Shown here piece by piece: positions 1 to 31,527 of a stretch of DNA of 64,000 bases. The notes under the pieces are model-generated. The model ran no database searches, was not told where the DNA came from, and saw only the letters and a program-made list of their open reading frames with translations. A program made the position numbers and the translations under genes. The stretch comes from Lingula anatina (taxonomy: Eukaryota; Animalia; Brachiopoda): positions 61,110,788 through 61,174,787 of the forward strand of contig CM120640.1 in NCBI GenBank assembly GCA_051362555.1, read 5' to 3'. The number at the start of each line of letters is the position of its first letter. Within the stretch, counting starts at the first letter, position 1.

Positions 1-213
1 AGTAGCCTATTTTGTGCATAGTTATTTCCTGTTTTTTGTCTGTACATTTGACAGCTTTGCTGCCTTGTTTTTCTTCATTTCAAGTAAAACATGCTGAGGA
101 TTTTGTTAATTGAAAATGCATCTTAAAAAATAATTAGTTTATGGGTATGCCCGTTGGTATTCCTTTAAATTCCAAAATTTGTACAGGATAAAGGTAACAT
201 TTTCAAAATCTGA

Positions 214-2890
<2,677 letters not shown>

Positions 2891-5800
2891 CAACATCTGT
2901 TGCATATAATAAAAAAATGTTGTCTGGGGACATTTAAGATGTATCGCTGCTGATATCAAGTGCAAGCTTAGTATAAACAGGCATTGGTGTGAATTGAAAA
3001 ATCTGTTTCAGACACAAATACTTATGTATGTCTAGGGTTTGCAGAATTTTTTTTTTTTTTTTTTTTACTTGTGTGACCTTAGCATTAAAATTTTAAGTAT
3101 TTGATGTTAAAAAAAAGCATGGAATTGCAATCAGAATGGTATTTTTAAAAAGATGTTCAAGTGTTGAAGTATCTTATTTTACAGAAAAAAAAACTTTTTT
3201 ATTTAGTATTTGGGATTCTGAATTGCTCATAGCTAAGGTAAAGAAATAAAAAAAAAAAAAAACCTGCACTTGCACCTGTAAAATTATCAACACTTCAATC
3301 CTTTGTCAGATTGTTGACTTTCAATGAAAGTCACAGTGTGCCGTTTGGAATTAGTTCTTGATGGACCAGGTTGCTTGGTAACAGCCTGTCTGTAAAAGAA
3401 GTTTTGCAAAATATAAATTGTAACTGTATCTAATATTACACAAACTTCTGGCCTAATTGTGCAGTTTATTGATAAAGTTGACTGTAAAATGGCAGCATAT
3501 GGTATTAAAATCAAGAGTTATTTTAGGGTGCAGCACTTATTAATGTACCACTGTGCCAATTGTTGTAAGATGTTATATATTAATGGATTATGCTACTTAT
3601 AGATGGAGTCAATTATGTGATAACTTGTCAATTTATTATACTGGGACATTCATTCTATGTAATTAAAGGCATTTTGTTGCATTTGAAAATGTCCCTAGGT
3701 CATGTTTTTATCTATGCAAAGCTCATATTTTTTCCAATTCAATACTAAAAAAAATTTGAAGCATACTTGTCATTATTTCCTTTTTAGTACATCCTTGCAA
3801 GGTCCAAGCTATGGCATCTTACCATCTCTCGTAAAAGTGCTCCGTTTTCTTGTGTTAATAAGTGAAAATGAGGCCATTATCGATTCTGCACAGTCTGCCC
3901 GAGTATCAGGAAGGTGGACATTGTTCTAAATGTTATGGTACACATTTTGAACTAATTGAAAAGAAAAAAAAATTAAAATCCAATCCAAGTGCAGGGGCAG
4001 ATTAGCGTTTTGTGAGTAGAAGAAAATTACATTTTTCTAAAAAGAAAAATTGATTTTTCAGAAAAATTCTGGATAAGATACCTTTAATAAAAGATCTATT
4101 CATAACTAATATCAAAACTGATATTTGTAATTCCAAACTAAAATTTGGTTGATTTTTCTGATTAGATTTATAATATATAGATTTTAATTTTTGCAGCTGT
4201 GAGGACTTAATGCATGAACTGTTATATTCATTTATATCTAAATAATTCGGAAGCAAAACCGAGTAGGGCACGTGAGCAGAATCTTACTACTTAAACCGAT
4301 AAGTAAACACTTCATTTTACCCCTTGCATACATGTCATTTGTATTCTTGCCAAAACACTGATATACAAGAACTGCCTAAACATAAATATATCATTAAAAA
4401 GAAACACTTGAGTTGCACTATAATATAGCACTTTTTATTCCTAAAAGAGCAAAGGCCAAACATGAGAAAGTGTACATACATAAACAGTAAACAAGAACAG
4501 ACAAGATTACTTGTGATAGAAAATGCTGCTGTTATAAACAGCTCTCAAACTATCACATCCCTTTTCTTCCATATTTTAACAGTTGAAATAACGGCAGTAA
4601 CAATCTTTCTGAGAGATAGATATTTAATTATCTGCCTCTTGTTGCCTTATGCATCCTCTTTCTTTTTAATCATTAACTATTTTGAACATGATTTTTTTGT
4701 TGAGTGATGCAATTTCAATATAAATAACTATAACCCTTTTTACTTTAAAGGAATATTCTAGTACACAAGACCTGCTTATGCAGTGATCAATTTGCATAAA
4801 TGTTTGGTCATCAAGGTCCAGCCTGGTTCATAGTCCTTTTTTACCACAATTAATTTGCAACACCTGATTATTGCTAGTCAAAAATAGACAACCTTGATGA
4901 GTTCTATCTACTTACTACCATTACTTAAACCAAAGTGCTTAGATACATCTTAAGCTATATAGGTTTTACCTACACACTTCTGTACAGTTTGGCTGAAAAT
5001 ATCTCTTGAAAGTCTGTACAATGTACAAAGGCAGGATACATAAGTACAAAAGAGATGGTTGGCATTATAGTATGAATTCTGCCAACATATTGCGTACATA
5101 TGATTTAAAGAATGGATACCCCTTTTTTAGACTAGCTGTAAGTCGGCATTTGAAAAGAGCTTCCAAACATAGGTATTAAGTTTCTATTTTAAATTACTGA
5201 AAATAGAAAACCTTTTATTTTTTACACAAAAACAAACTTTAAAAGTTTTCAGCTTCGTCTTTTGCTTTCACAAAAGCTTACAAGACTGGACTAACAATAC
5301 AACACCATCACCAGGAAAAGAACAGCCACAATTTTTTCACACTTTAACAGGAACAAAAAAGCATACCTTTCTCTTGACTCCCATTTAAACGTTGCATGAG
5401 GATATTCTCTAACTATAACATGTCACAAACAGGTAGTACGAGATATCCCCCAATGATGATGGGAGTGGGAGGCAAAGCAAACCTTTTGGACCTTTTGTGT
5501 GGACGTCATGGTAACATCAACAATCACCTTACATAAGTATACCCATAGCTGGGAATACTTTGTATTAATTCCAGTCATACAACATTCCTGATCACCTGAC
5601 AATGAAGTTATATTACAGTATATTAAAAAAAAAAATCCCAGGAGCATATTTTTGTTTCTTATTTAAATACCTGTACAGTGATAAAATATCATGTGCTTAT
5701 ATAATTTTCCACTCTTTTTTTTTTTTACTTAATCATATATTTGGCCTGAGCATGATTCTATATGATCTGGACAATTTACACAGCCAGCCACGTGGCTATA

Positions 5801-6617
5801 AAAGCAAATAAACATTTCTCATGATGCTTCCATCAAAGAGTCCTTGGGATTCTACGGATCAAAACATTCACTCCTTGTTCACACAAAATGCTTGAATAAT
5901 AACTTAACATAATCAATACCCTGCAATATATTAATTTTATTACCAAAATAGAAGACATGAAAGTGCTTACAACTAAAACGAATAATAATTATTAATAATC
6001 TAAAATTGAAGGATAATGGATCACACGGGAATGTCAAATGAAAATAGCGACATGGAGATTTGAGCCCTCCTGCCTCCCTCCACTGGTCCTGACCCTTACC
6101 ATCCCAAATGGCCACAGAATGCCCCCAGTTCTGAAGAATAAGCAACAAGGATCACAGTACCACAGAGAGGGAGACATTAGGACCCATATAATTCACTCCC
6201 CTGGGATACTGGTACATAGATCAATGCATGGTAGAAAAGTTGCATGCTTGCATGATAAAGAAACCCAGTTCAATAGATTTCTGCTTTGTATTTACAACTC
6301 CTTTTTTGCTCACCTAACAAGCAAACCTGGAGGAATGGATAGCCATGGTCTTCTTGGCTTATAAAGCTGATCAGTAGAGAATGCAGGCAGTCAGCCATCT
6401 GGTTAACTGGAAAGTGTTGAGAAGTTAGTTCAGGATGGGTGGACTGGATGATCGTTGTTTATACCTGCTGAACAAACAGCCAGGGCTAAGAACTGAGACA
6501 TCTCTATAGAGGACCACCTGGGACTGTCTTCACCTCTCACAATCTGCTGACAGTGCTTTATACAAATGGTGTGAAGAGAGCTTATTCCACTTCTTATCTT
6601 TACTGAAATTTCTTAGC

Positions 6618-19669
<13,052 letters not shown>

Positions 19670-19819
19670 TCTTTCTGTACGTTATGTGTTGCTGCTGTTG
19701 TCAAAGTCTTCACAAGTTTCAAAAGAGCTGCTTTCTCAGGGCTGTTTTCCACTGCCTCCCACTTTTGTATGATTACCAGACCAGCCTCTTCTGTTCAAAC
19801 ACTTCTGGCCTGTAGTGTA
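19670..19819 (-). other. MEF2: 5'-UTR portion of the first coding exon of MEF2
   Basis: Pyrimidine-rich acceptor (minus strand TTTCTCTTCTGCTGTTTCAG, AG at 19821-19820) upstream of the ATG implies an upstream non-coding exon. Confidence 0.6.
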
Positions 19820-22800
19820 CTGAAACAGCAGAAGAGAACAATTAGAAGTCAGTTGGATAGAAACATTGAGGCAATTGGCATGATCTCTTCGTTTGCGCTG
19901 TGACAATACCTCCACCTAATGCAACTTGTCATTTACAAAATGGGCCATGGATGTGAAATGTGCTCTCAAGCTAGTGGCTGTGGTCCAAAAATTCATCATC
20001 TCAGTTCAAATTTACTGTACTAGTCTCAAGCAGCAGCTTCTTAGCTTAGCTTAACATGTCTGACTACAAGAGTGTTTCTCTCAATTAGTTGCTTAAATTG
20101 CTTCAACAAACTGGTCAGTTTTCACAAATATCTAGTAGCACATCCATAGTGCTTATTTCAGTGTTATGTTATGTTATGGTTATTCAGACAAAGGACAAGC
20201 GACTTTGTCATACTCTGAACTAAATCATTGATATCTAAAATCTGGATTATCGTTAGGAAAAAAAAATTCTATTCCTGAAAAAAAAAAATCAATAAAAACT
20301 TTGAAATTTGAATTTCCATTTTAAAAAAACCCTCTCATTTATGCCACTAAAAAAAACATAACTAGGATAATTTACACAAATGAGCATATACAGCCGTACA
20401 TATAAAAAGCTCATTAAAATAGAAAAAAAAAAGATATAGTAAAATAATCTGCCTTCAATCAAGGAGCCTATTTCTACCAACCAAGCAGTCTGCTAGCTTC
20501 ACCAGGAATGGCTCATCTAGATGCCCACAGCAATTAATGAATTTTATAATGCCACCAAAAACCAAGAGAGCTGGTCATTTAACATGTATGAGCTTCCAGC
20601 AATTGCCAATACAAGAATACATTACACACGTAATAGACCATGTATTTTTCAAAAAGTCAAAAGATGTGGGACAGACTTCTAAATTCAACTCCTTCCGGTT
20701 ATACAACCCACTCTAATCTAGAATGTCAGGTACTTAAAAAGTCACAGGAAAGCTGTGAATATACAAACTCATTGAAAAGCACATTATACAAGTGGAGTCT
20801 TTGTGAACCTGAAAAGCAAAAAGAGAAATCACAGGCAATGGGTAGGTGTGTGATGAAGCTACTTGAGAAGGACAAAAGTGGGGGTGGTAGCAAAGAGAGG
20901 GGGTTCTGGAGTTGGGTTGCTATAACATGCACACATTTTACCTAGATGAAAGCAAGTCCTGCATGGAATTTCTCAAAAATATCTATAAACTTCCAAAAGA
21001 TTTTCTAGGAAGCTGGAGCATGTTGAGTGGGATTTCCTGACCAAGGATAAATATGGCAATAGCCTCTCATCTCAGGTGATGTCAGAGGTCAGCAGCCAAT
21101 AGGAAGCCAGTAATTATGCAACAAGACATAATAGGGATACCTGATACCTTGCCATGGAAAGATTTCCACTTACCATAAATTAATTACTTGTTTAATGAAA
21201 AACAACAAATAAACCTGCTGAACCTTTATCTTTTAAGCACAAATACAAACACCCTTGTAATTCAAAAGATAAAAACACTCATACCAGTATTTTCTTCATT
21301 TGCAGGTATTTTCCCTGAATCATTTATAGCCCTTAGTGCATTATCCTCAACTAGGAAGACAGTGCTCATATAGAAATTGAGCATTTCTGTCTTTCAAAAA
21401 TAGACTTTCCAATTCCATACCAACCTACTTCCTAATTTTACTGTTCAACCCTAAAAATAAATTTCCTGATGCCATTTTTAGCTAAATATATAACTGACAC
21501 CGTCTGGGCTGGATTCAGTAGTTTTACAGGTTTTCTTGTAGCAGAATAGACCAGATAGTATTGTACAGGCACTCAAGCATTGGACACAGATACCCGAAAG
21601 CTCAAAAGTGAAAGGATATTATGTTTACCATGTGGAAACTAAAACAGATTTTAGGTAAGAAAGCAAAGATCAAGTATCTGCAAAGTAAAATAAATCACAT
21701 TAGAACATCATACTTATTGGCAACTGGAAGGTTAATGGACAATTTGCATTTCCTCAGGGTTTGAACTACATCTGCATAGAAACCTACAAGTGAAATTTAA
21801 TCTGGCTCTTCACTGCTGACGCAAGCAAAGGCCTCTGCAATGCAGCACATGAGCCTCGCTGAGCAGCTGTTAAATGCCTATCAAATCAGGGCAAAGCAGA
21901 AGAGCACTGCTCCTATACTATATCAAGGACAACATACCCCATGGCCTGGTTACTTGCCCACTAAGTAGAATACAGCATGGGCAGCCAGTATGACCCATAA
22001 AACCTCTACCCATGGTTTGTGAGGGGCCTGATGTTGATAACCTAGCTCCAGGATATGTAACTCTATCAATTACAAGCATCATGTACAGATAAGCCTGGCC
22101 ACCCTTATCAAGGAAGGATATTTCTGTGGCAAAACTCTTCACAAAAAAAGTTTTATAAAACAAACAGCAGCTGCCAAGGGCACAGAATACACAAATGCCT
22201 ACCTTTAAATAATAATCTTTCTTACCTACAGGGAGTTATTTTCTGAGGAAATAGACATACTGTCTTAACAGTTGCATTTAATTCTGAGATGGACATGTCA
22301 GTCTGCACTAAATAAACTGGGCCTGGTTTTCATACTGGTAAGAAATAAAGAACATTAGACTTGATGAAGACCCTTTAATGACCATCACATGAGGGTGTTT
22401 AGACAGGTATATAGAGTAACATTGCCAAAACTAACAAGTATTTAACACCTGTTATAACAATACGGTCAACATTGCTATTCTACATTTTAAAGTCAGACTC
22501 TAACTTTTTAGTAGCCATGGAGTGATTTTTTTTCATGCAATATGTGAATCATCTGAAGTTAAAATATATCTACTTCTCATTATTACTGATCTGATCTAAT
22601 CTAAAATGTGATATCAAGTAATAATCTTGAAAAATATATTATTAGTTATATTATAATTTTTTCATAAAAAAATAGAAAGGAAATCTTAAGGTAATACTAA
22701 TTTAGTCTTAAATTAAAATGATAAATACAAATATCAACCACATACTTCTGCACAACAACAGAAATGCACTAAAATACATGCACTGTTTAACAAAGAGGTA

Positions 22801-25798
22801 TTAAGAGAGATATTTGACCTGAATTCAATAGAAATCCCCCTGAACTAGCTGTCAGGTCAAACCTCTCTACAATAGAAATGCAGATGTGAAAATAAACAAG
22901 GAAAAGAGAGCACATGCAAGTGATCAAGACCATGGAAGATGTTCCACACTGCAAAAAAATAGAACAACAGAAAACATCTGGAAAAGATAACAATAAATAG
23001 CAAGGAGACATTATCACCATCCCAATTTATTACCAAGACAATAATAAATCCAGGAAGCTACAAGGGTTGGAATCATGTGTGCAAGTTTAGAGAGGGCAGC
23101 AGGCTCCTAGGATTGAAAATAACTTTCCAAATGGGTATTTCTGTTCAGGTCCTTGATTAGAGGGGGCAGTGAGGTACACAAGGATAGGAGGAAGGGACAA
23201 GGATGAATGAAGGCAGGGTTAACTACTGATATATCCCTCCTACCTATATAGTTAAAACAGATCTCCTCACTGGTGGCTTAGTTTAGCCAAAATGTTCAAC
23301 CACTTATTGGCAAAAAGCAAACCTCAGACAGGTCTAACTTGGGCGCTTGTGCTAGAAACCAAACTGCCTCTCTGCTTTTCTAGTAGCAACATGAACTCTG
23401 TGCAGGGTTCCTTGCAGAGTTGGCCAGGTGCGCTGGCACCAAGAAAAATGCTGCTGGAATTGCTCTCCAGGCAGGTGGTGCATCTAGCCAGCACACCTAG
23501 GTCTACTCACAGGAAGTTCCACTATCAAATATCCAGCCTGCCTTCCATGGCATAGCTGGCTCAGGTAGTTAACCAAATTTTGTTGTTGCTACACCTGTAA
23601 GTACACTACTCAGGTTTCAGGCTACGTTGGCACTGTTGAAATTAACAGCAGTAATTATTATGAAGTAAAGGAGCAAAAAGATTGAGAGAAAGTTACTTAG
23701 GTTGCAAATTATATCTTTATGACATATAAAAAAATCTTGCTGGCTAAGAAAAGAAAGCAATTTATTTAGGGCAACACATGGTGACAGAAAATATAAGCAT
23801 ATTAAAAAAAACTTGAAAAGACTGATTCTTATATTCCATAATTATAACATGCATAACTTTGCCCAATAATTTCAAGGTATTGAAAATTACATGTAAAACT
23901 GTATCATATATATTTGAACAGCCAGGATTATTATTACAAAAAGGAAGTGTTAGCTTGCATTCTATGGGAACTAATTAGGGATGCATCAAATGGACAAGTG
24001 TCCTCATGAAAGGTGAAATTGAGGTCAAGAACATAAAGTAAGCATTATTACTGGTTTAACTTCCATAACCCCCCCCCCAATAAAAAATGACTTCTGCAGT
24101 TTTAAATATATTCAGCATTTTTGTTGGGTTTTCTCAGGTTGACTGAAGTCTGTACCTTTCCATCTTTTATATGAACAAAATGTACTGTAAAACTAGAAAA
24201 CCTGACACTACACAGTTCAAGATAAGCTGTCTGATAACATGCACATGAAAATGTTCCTGATATCTGTGAGACTTGTCTCATGTTGAACAGAATTTCGTGT
24301 GGCCCTCTATGTGCATTGCTTTAACAGAATCTTGGAAAATATCTAAATATTATTTTTAATCAACCTTCCCTACTTTATTTCTGTTTCTGTAGTGTCTAAC
24401 TTAGAACAAAAAATTCTAATGCAAAATTACTATATACAGAAATGATGGAAAGTCCAGATTTAAGCATATAAAATATAAATTAATTTCATAAGACTGGTTT
24501 GGGAGGGGAGGATCCTTTGAAAACAAGAGGAGGTATTTTAAGATGTGAGACTGACTTCCACCTTCATACAAACATGCACAAATACAACAGTACAGTATCA
24601 AAAGACAAGTTGGAATCAAAGATCTCATTAATAAAGGGCAAAATTTTCGTGTTCCTGCAAGTATTAGAACACAACCACAAGAGAACAGAAATGATGGTAT
24701 CTCCCAGAAAATTTTTTTTTCTGATTTTAGTTTTTAATCTTAACAAACTAATGTATTATTGTTATGCAGTAAGAGTACTTCACAAAAATTTTTAAATTTT
24801 TTTAAAAAAAGGGTTGTGTTGTGCTGTAAGCCAAGAGAGAATCTCCATGATGCTATACAAGGAGACTCTTTATGGCCAAACTGGCAGCTTTTCTTTATGG
24901 ACACTGCAAAATTATGACCACTGAAAATCATCGCAAGCTAAGGTCTTTGGTTTGGTTATAATCACAGGTTGCACTTGTAGCTTATTTTGCTTTTTTGTGT
25001 TTACACATATACCTGTGGATCCAGAGGAAACTAAGTGCAGGCATTTGAGTGACTTCCATTATTTTTTAATCATGCAATAATGTGAAAATCTAAGTTTCTC
25101 ATCTGCAAAATGATTACAGCATTACTTTAATAGAATTGAAGCCCGGTCTTGACTACTGAAATATTAAGCTAACCACATTGACAAATCTCAAGTATGCAAC
25201 CTTTTTCAAAGCAATGCAGCCTCAGAACAAGAGGGGTTCCTCTGCAAGACAATCTCTGTCTCTCTTCAGGCACTAAATGTGTCCCAGTGAATCTAATAGC
25301 TGCCATATCTGTGAAAATGCACTGGCTGACACCAGGCATCTTTATGGTAAACCTTAAAGTAATTGTTAACTAAAACTGTTGTCTGTGTTGCAAGAGTAGG
25401 GGTTTTGAGCTTTGTGACATGGCAGAATACAAGGTAGAGCAATAAATGCTTAGTGGTATGGGAAAAAATCATAGCTCTAAGATAGTGGTACAATAAAAAA
25501 CCAGGATCAGTAACTGAAATGTGTTTTTTTATAGGAACCATATCATTAGAGTCAGTGTTAAAAAATTAGATGCTTTTAAACTAATACCTGCTGCATGATG
25601 TTGTATGGTATACATACAGTACTGTATGACATTTATTGATTTTTGAAAAAAATGTCTATTTTAAGTTTTTATATCGCACTGTGGGTGTTCTCTTTGGACA
25701 CAGCACAAAGTGAAACTAACAGAACCGCCCACTGCTGACTGTAAACCAGCTAAAGAGAAGAAAACTTTGTGAACTAATAAAATATATCCATTAAATTT

Positions 25799-26147
25799 CA
25801 GACATGCTGAAACTGTCAGTCCGATCTGTCATAACCAGGAAAATTTGTCTGGAGCAGTAAAAAATTGGACTTGGTCGGACCAAAGGACCGACAATAGTTT
25901 TAAGAACCACAATTTTGAATTTACAGTCATCATTTGACCTACTTCACTAATAAAACCCAAAGCATTTTCCCCCTATTTCAAACCTGTCACATTCACAAAC
26001 AAAGAAAGCTACCTAATCGTACTGGTAGTATCTGTCTCAAAGGAATAGGGTGATTTTCGGTACGACAAAAATCCATTCGGTCCGGCAAATTTTTTAATAC
26101 TGCCAGTCCAAAGGTCCAGCCATCCTGAAAAGTTTTCAGCATGTCTG
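25799..26147. mobile_element. MITE with CAG...CTG ends and 6-bp TSD
   Basis: 16-bp TIR CAGACATGCTGAAAAC / GTTTTCAGCATGTCTG. AAATTT on both flanks. GGACC/GGTCC subterminal repeats. Confidence 0.85.
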
Positions 26148-29100
26148 AAATTTAAACAGTTGTGCTTATTTGGTACAAACAGTCTCAAACAAAAAACATC
26201 CTATTAAATAACAATTATATTTCAAATACCATTTCTCATATTTTTTATCCCACAAATAACACATTTTGACACCGCTAGTATTAAACCTAGCTCACAGCTT
26301 CCACACAATCTGCTTTTGAAATTTCATTAAGGTCAATTCAAACATATTCTTTTACCTAATCTATTCTGCACAATCTTGAATAGACAAACACAGCACAGTG
26401 AGTTATTTCCTAAAAATTCTGCTTTATTCTGGTGCATGTATAAACTGCTGGGAGCATCTTTCCCCTCCAATATGAATGTCAATATTTACTGCCTGTTTTA
26501 GAAACATATGGGGTATCCCCATCCAGCGTGCTATAAATGGAAAGCTAAATGGGGCAACCTATATTCAATGCAACCAGTAATATAAATAACAGTATAACCT
26601 ACATACTGACTTATTTACATCAGCAGTAAAGAAAAAAAAACATATCAACATAATTTCCTCACAGGAATACCATTTTTATATCAAGTATTATTAACCAGGA
26701 CCCAACAGCATAATAAACCCCCTATACAACGAAGATTCACAGCACAGGTATATCAGAGATAGAGTAAAATGTTATTTTAACTCAACCCTGCACTGGTCAG
26801 AAATTCATCATCAGTCTTACATTACCTTTTTTTTCTCTCTCCTCAGTTTCACCAAGTTCTAGTTTGCAGGGACAACTTGCCAACTCTATTCTAATCATGT
26901 GCAGGGGTTAATTATAGAAATACAGTGCCCTAGTTTGCGAACAAACCTATTCAATATGGCTGTGTGCCTAGTGGGATGCTATTGGTCACAGTCATGCCAA
27001 CTGTGACGTTAACATTCACCCTCCTCTCACTGTTTGCAGATCAGTCCACTTGTGTGGGTAGGGGAGGTTTAAAATCACTCTTAACATAGATTCTGCTGGG
27101 TTTACGGGAATTTAAAAATGTCAAAACCCTGATGTAAGCTACAATTAATTCACGGGAACAGCATATCTATGTACGTGCCAACTCATGAAATGAATCGGTA
27201 TCTAAGGATCACCAATGTTAATAAAGTATCTCTCTGTGATTACTGGAATGATTTCTGACAAACTCTCTATCAGTTTGGAACTATCCCTTTATATGTTTAA
27301 CCAAAATCAATTACAGGAGATAAAAAGCTTTTCTTCATTATGCCTTATCACAGGAAAGTGGCCCACACCCTAGCAAAATCCATAGATAATCCCCACATTT
27401 ACCAACTCTACAAACTCAACGCAGACGTTTTAAATGAAAGTCTAACTTCTGTCTATCTTGTAAAATCTAATCACATGTAACAGTACAACCCATCTGATGG
27501 CATGGATGTTAGCACTAACAAATTCAGTCCTGGGTATGCTAACATGGAAAAGGAGGCATACTCCATTTACATGAAGTATTTCTCAACACATAACCTGTTT
27601 TAACCCTTCTTTCACTACTAAGAATGTTACACATCTGCATAACAAAGTGAGCATTGAGGCAAAAATCTGAGGCATGTGAGAATACAAAAAAAGACTGGAC
27701 AGAATTAAGATATCAGGCAGTTTTGTTAAGTAAAAAAAAAAAATGAATACACATGCAATTTTTTAAGTAACTTGAAAATTATAATCCATGATACACGATG
27801 AAATGGCATTTTAAAAACTTGAATGACCTTAAGAAACTAATGTCACCTTTCCTAGTATCATGAACGTCTGTGTCATATATAGTGTATTGATGAAATGGTA
27901 ATAAGACAATATTTAATACTGGCTATCACCTACCCAAAACATGACACCTAAAACTCTCATAACAAAACATTACTTTGTTTGCATGCTGATGTAGATCTTG
28001 AGTGTCACTTTAACCAGTCCACAGCAATAAGGATTATCATTAAGTTAGAATAATAGATAAAGTATTGTCCTTCAACAAAGTTCAACATATACCCATTGAC
28101 AAGTCATACTGAGGTTTGTATTTTATGCCTCTACTTACAAAAAAACTATGAGATATTAAATTTAAGTGACAAATACTGATACACCAAAGTGTTCTTTTAG
28201 TAAGAAATCAAGTACATGTGGCAATCAGTTCACTGTGCTGACATAAGCATGGTACAAAATAGTTGACACAACACCAAGCTCTTATACATAGAAATGTCTC
28301 ACTTTTCAGGGCCTGCTTACAAGTATGCAATGGAATTAGTGTGTGGGCTTCTTGTGCAAGAAACGCCTCTTCTATTTCTTTTTTTTTCCCTTAAAGAATA
28401 ATGATTAATTGTCACTCATTATCTCTGCCTCTCTCAACATGACCCCTGTGTGCCTTTTAATTTGGCCAATTCAAAATGTATATGTGCTTCAGTAAAAGTT
28501 AAGAGGCATGGGATACAAGAATTAAATATGCATCAGACACAAAATGATGACAACATTGTATGTTTTTATTACCAGCTACAGCAATGATCTACCCCATTAC
28601 AATGCGATCTGTACAAGAAAACATGCAAAGAAATGATTCATGGTGTTCATGCCATGGTTGACGATGAATGGGCACTTGGTTGCTGGCAGCATCACAACTA
28701 GATTAGATATTCCCAATGGTATCAATCTGCCTGTAATTAATAAACTGGGGCACCTGCAGGCATCCCATCAATGGGAAAACGTAGAAAGACAAATTTCTCA
28801 TTTACAATAGACTTGCTTTTTAAAAAACATATATATATTGGAAGGTGTCTTTGCTTTTCTCTTTCAGATTTTCTTCAACTTTTTAAGTAGACATTATTTA
28901 ATTTATTATTATTATTATTTAAGTTTATCAGCCACCTGTATCAACATTCATAACTTAAATGCAAATAAAGTAGTATACTGTGTTTGCTCTTTATTTTTTA
29001 AGAGTTTTGGTGTTACTTATATAGTGACATTCAATGAATGGATATTACCAAAACAAGTACACATAAATATAAATATATGGAAACAAAAAGCATTCAACCT

Positions 29101-29300
29101 TTCTTCAACATACAAATCTAAGGTCTAAAACTTACAATATGTCACATTACCATTGTTTCTTGCAAATGTTGACAATAAGTTTGTGTCCAATGCTGAGATA
29201 CTGATGAAATAAATCAAATTAGCAAAATATCTTTGACCCATGGCCATGACTTCATTGTATAAATCAGGTCTTCTTAGTATATGTAAATGAACATATTTCT

Positions 29301-29455
29301 CAGTGTTTCCTCTTAGGAAAATTAGTTGCTGAACCAAAAGTTCAACAATCTTGAAAAGTAGCTGGCCCGAATGTCTGCCAGGTGGGAAAACTTCTCAGCC
29401 TGTTCTGAAAGTTGTCTGCCTCAGGCAGACGGTCCAGCGTTAATTTCTAACACTG
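29301..29455. mobile_element. Short hAT-type MITE with 8-bp TSD
   Basis: TIR CAGTGTT / AACACTG. ATATTTCT duplicated at 29293-29300 and 29456-29463. Confidence 0.7.
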
Positions 29456-31527
29456 ATATTTCTCATATTTCAACAGGCAGATATTACATTTTCAAAAGGT
29501 ATTGTCAGGTACTACATTGAAACTAACAGTTTTATATTAGAATTCCATGCAATTTTCAATACAGTTACTAGTATGTAATGATAACTATAATTCTTCTGCA
29601 ACCTGAAAAAGGTTTTGAAAATGATCTTTCAAAAACCTGTATCTTTTACATACATTTTCTTGTAAACAGGTCAAAAATAGTTATTTATCATAAGAATGTC
29701 TCAACCTAAAATTCATAAATGAATAATCACAATATTTAAGTAAAAAAATAAACTACAATCCACTTCTTGAAAAGCATACAAGGTCAAAGATGACAAAATT
29801 AATCTATGATTGATTGTCTGCAAGTGCTTCATGATAAATTAAATTTAGATGTATATTAAAAAACCCTATGAATTGTTTTCTTTTCAAAAAGAATAATATG
29901 CTGTGACAATTTCCTGATCAGGATTTTCTCCAACTAAAAGGTTTCAGTAGGAATAAAAGTGATTATTTTAACCCTAAATTAATGTAGCACATTAACTGGT
30001 TTTAAAGCGGATTTAGCAGGAAATTATACACAAAAAGATTTGACTTTCAAAATATCAAACACTCTACATAAACAAACTTATCTCTTACTCAATGACAAAC
30101 ATACTCAGTCTGTAGATATAAGAAAATAAAAATTGCATTTACATTCTGTGATTATAACATACCTTTCCAATAGTGAAAGTTGAATATCTCATAACTAAAA
30201 TACTAGCATATGAATAACCGGGGGTGGAGGGGGGAGGGGGCACGGGAAATCTTCCCAAACTCCAAGCTAGCAAGGAGGAAGACATGAACTCATTTTAAAA
30301 TGTTTAAGCTTAAGTTATATTTACCCCACAACCTTGATCTAGATAAATGAATAAGATCTTCAAATATTGTAGCGTGTTCTTAATGTTGAGCAAATCAACA
30401 TTATTAGCAAGGTTTGTACTTGCTCTTGTTTTATTAATTATTCTTTGGCCTTAGTACAGGTGTAGATCTAATATGGCACTAAGGTGTGGGTGGCAGTCAA
30501 ACTGCATTGCAGAGTACATAATGTATCACTGTATTTCACAATACTCAACTCTGCATGTGTGACTTAAATCTATGGCGTAATGCTACTTTCGCACACTGTA
30601 TTCAAACCATCCAATGGAGAAACAACTAACACAATCAGTAACATCAATTTCAACACTAAAAATGAGCTCAATAAGTAACAAGGCAGCAAAGCTGTCAAAT
30701 GTACAGACAAAAAGCAGGAAAAAACAAAATAGGGTACTGTCAATTCTGACGCAAAAGTACATTATGTTAAACTGCAAATTCAACATCAAATTTTAATTAT
30801 GCTCAACAGGTAATTCCAATGTAAGTAAAATGTGTAACAAGCATAAGGCTTCAGCCCCATAGGAGTTTAAGTTCACACTTTGAAAATGTATAACTTCCAG
30901 AAAAAGAAGTCAATTAGACTGCTTTTCCAACTCAGGCTGCATTTTAGTCCTGTATTTCTTTTTTGAAAGTTTGGCAATCATAAGTAACATGGTTTTCCCA
31001 TAATGGTTTTCATCGCAGCAGCACCCAAAATTGTGTGTTCTTCTATTCTGATGCAATATTACATAATGGTTAACAGCATAATGACAATCAATTTTTAATA
31101 ATAAAATAAAGGTATCATGGATTTTCAGAAAATGTGACTAGCAAAGGTCTTCATGCCCATGGAACTTCAAAGTGACACCTTGAATATGCCAAAATGTAAA
31201 CTAGACAGCACTGTTCTGAAATGGGTTTATTTCCATTTTTAACACTTTTTAATATAAGATGAAATAAACAGTTTACTGCCATTTTTATATGATCAACTAA
31301 GAAAATTGATGAGATGGGACAAACATCAATAGAACTGTGGCAAATGTGCAATTTCCTCCATTCTGACATTCTCAACATAGTAAATGATTGAATCCGACTG
31401 ATATGAGTTTTTTTCCATTTTTGACACTTTATTACACAATACACGATAACAAGTTTACCATCATTTCTACATAATCAACTAACAATGTTGTAAAGATGCA
31501 GGAAATGTCAAACAAACACTTTTATGT

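Noticed and set aside
6028-6034. miR-1 seed match in the MEF2 3'UTR
   Set aside because: A single 7-mer in about 2 kb can occur by chance. Conservation data are needed.
3287-6364. Several 70-110 aa ORFs between PGGT1B and MEF2
   Set aside because: Low-complexity AT-rich UTR/intergenic translations with no recognisable motifs or splice structure.
30220-30246. G-rich tract with G-quadruplex potential
   Set aside because: G/C runs are common in this window and nothing else supports a function.
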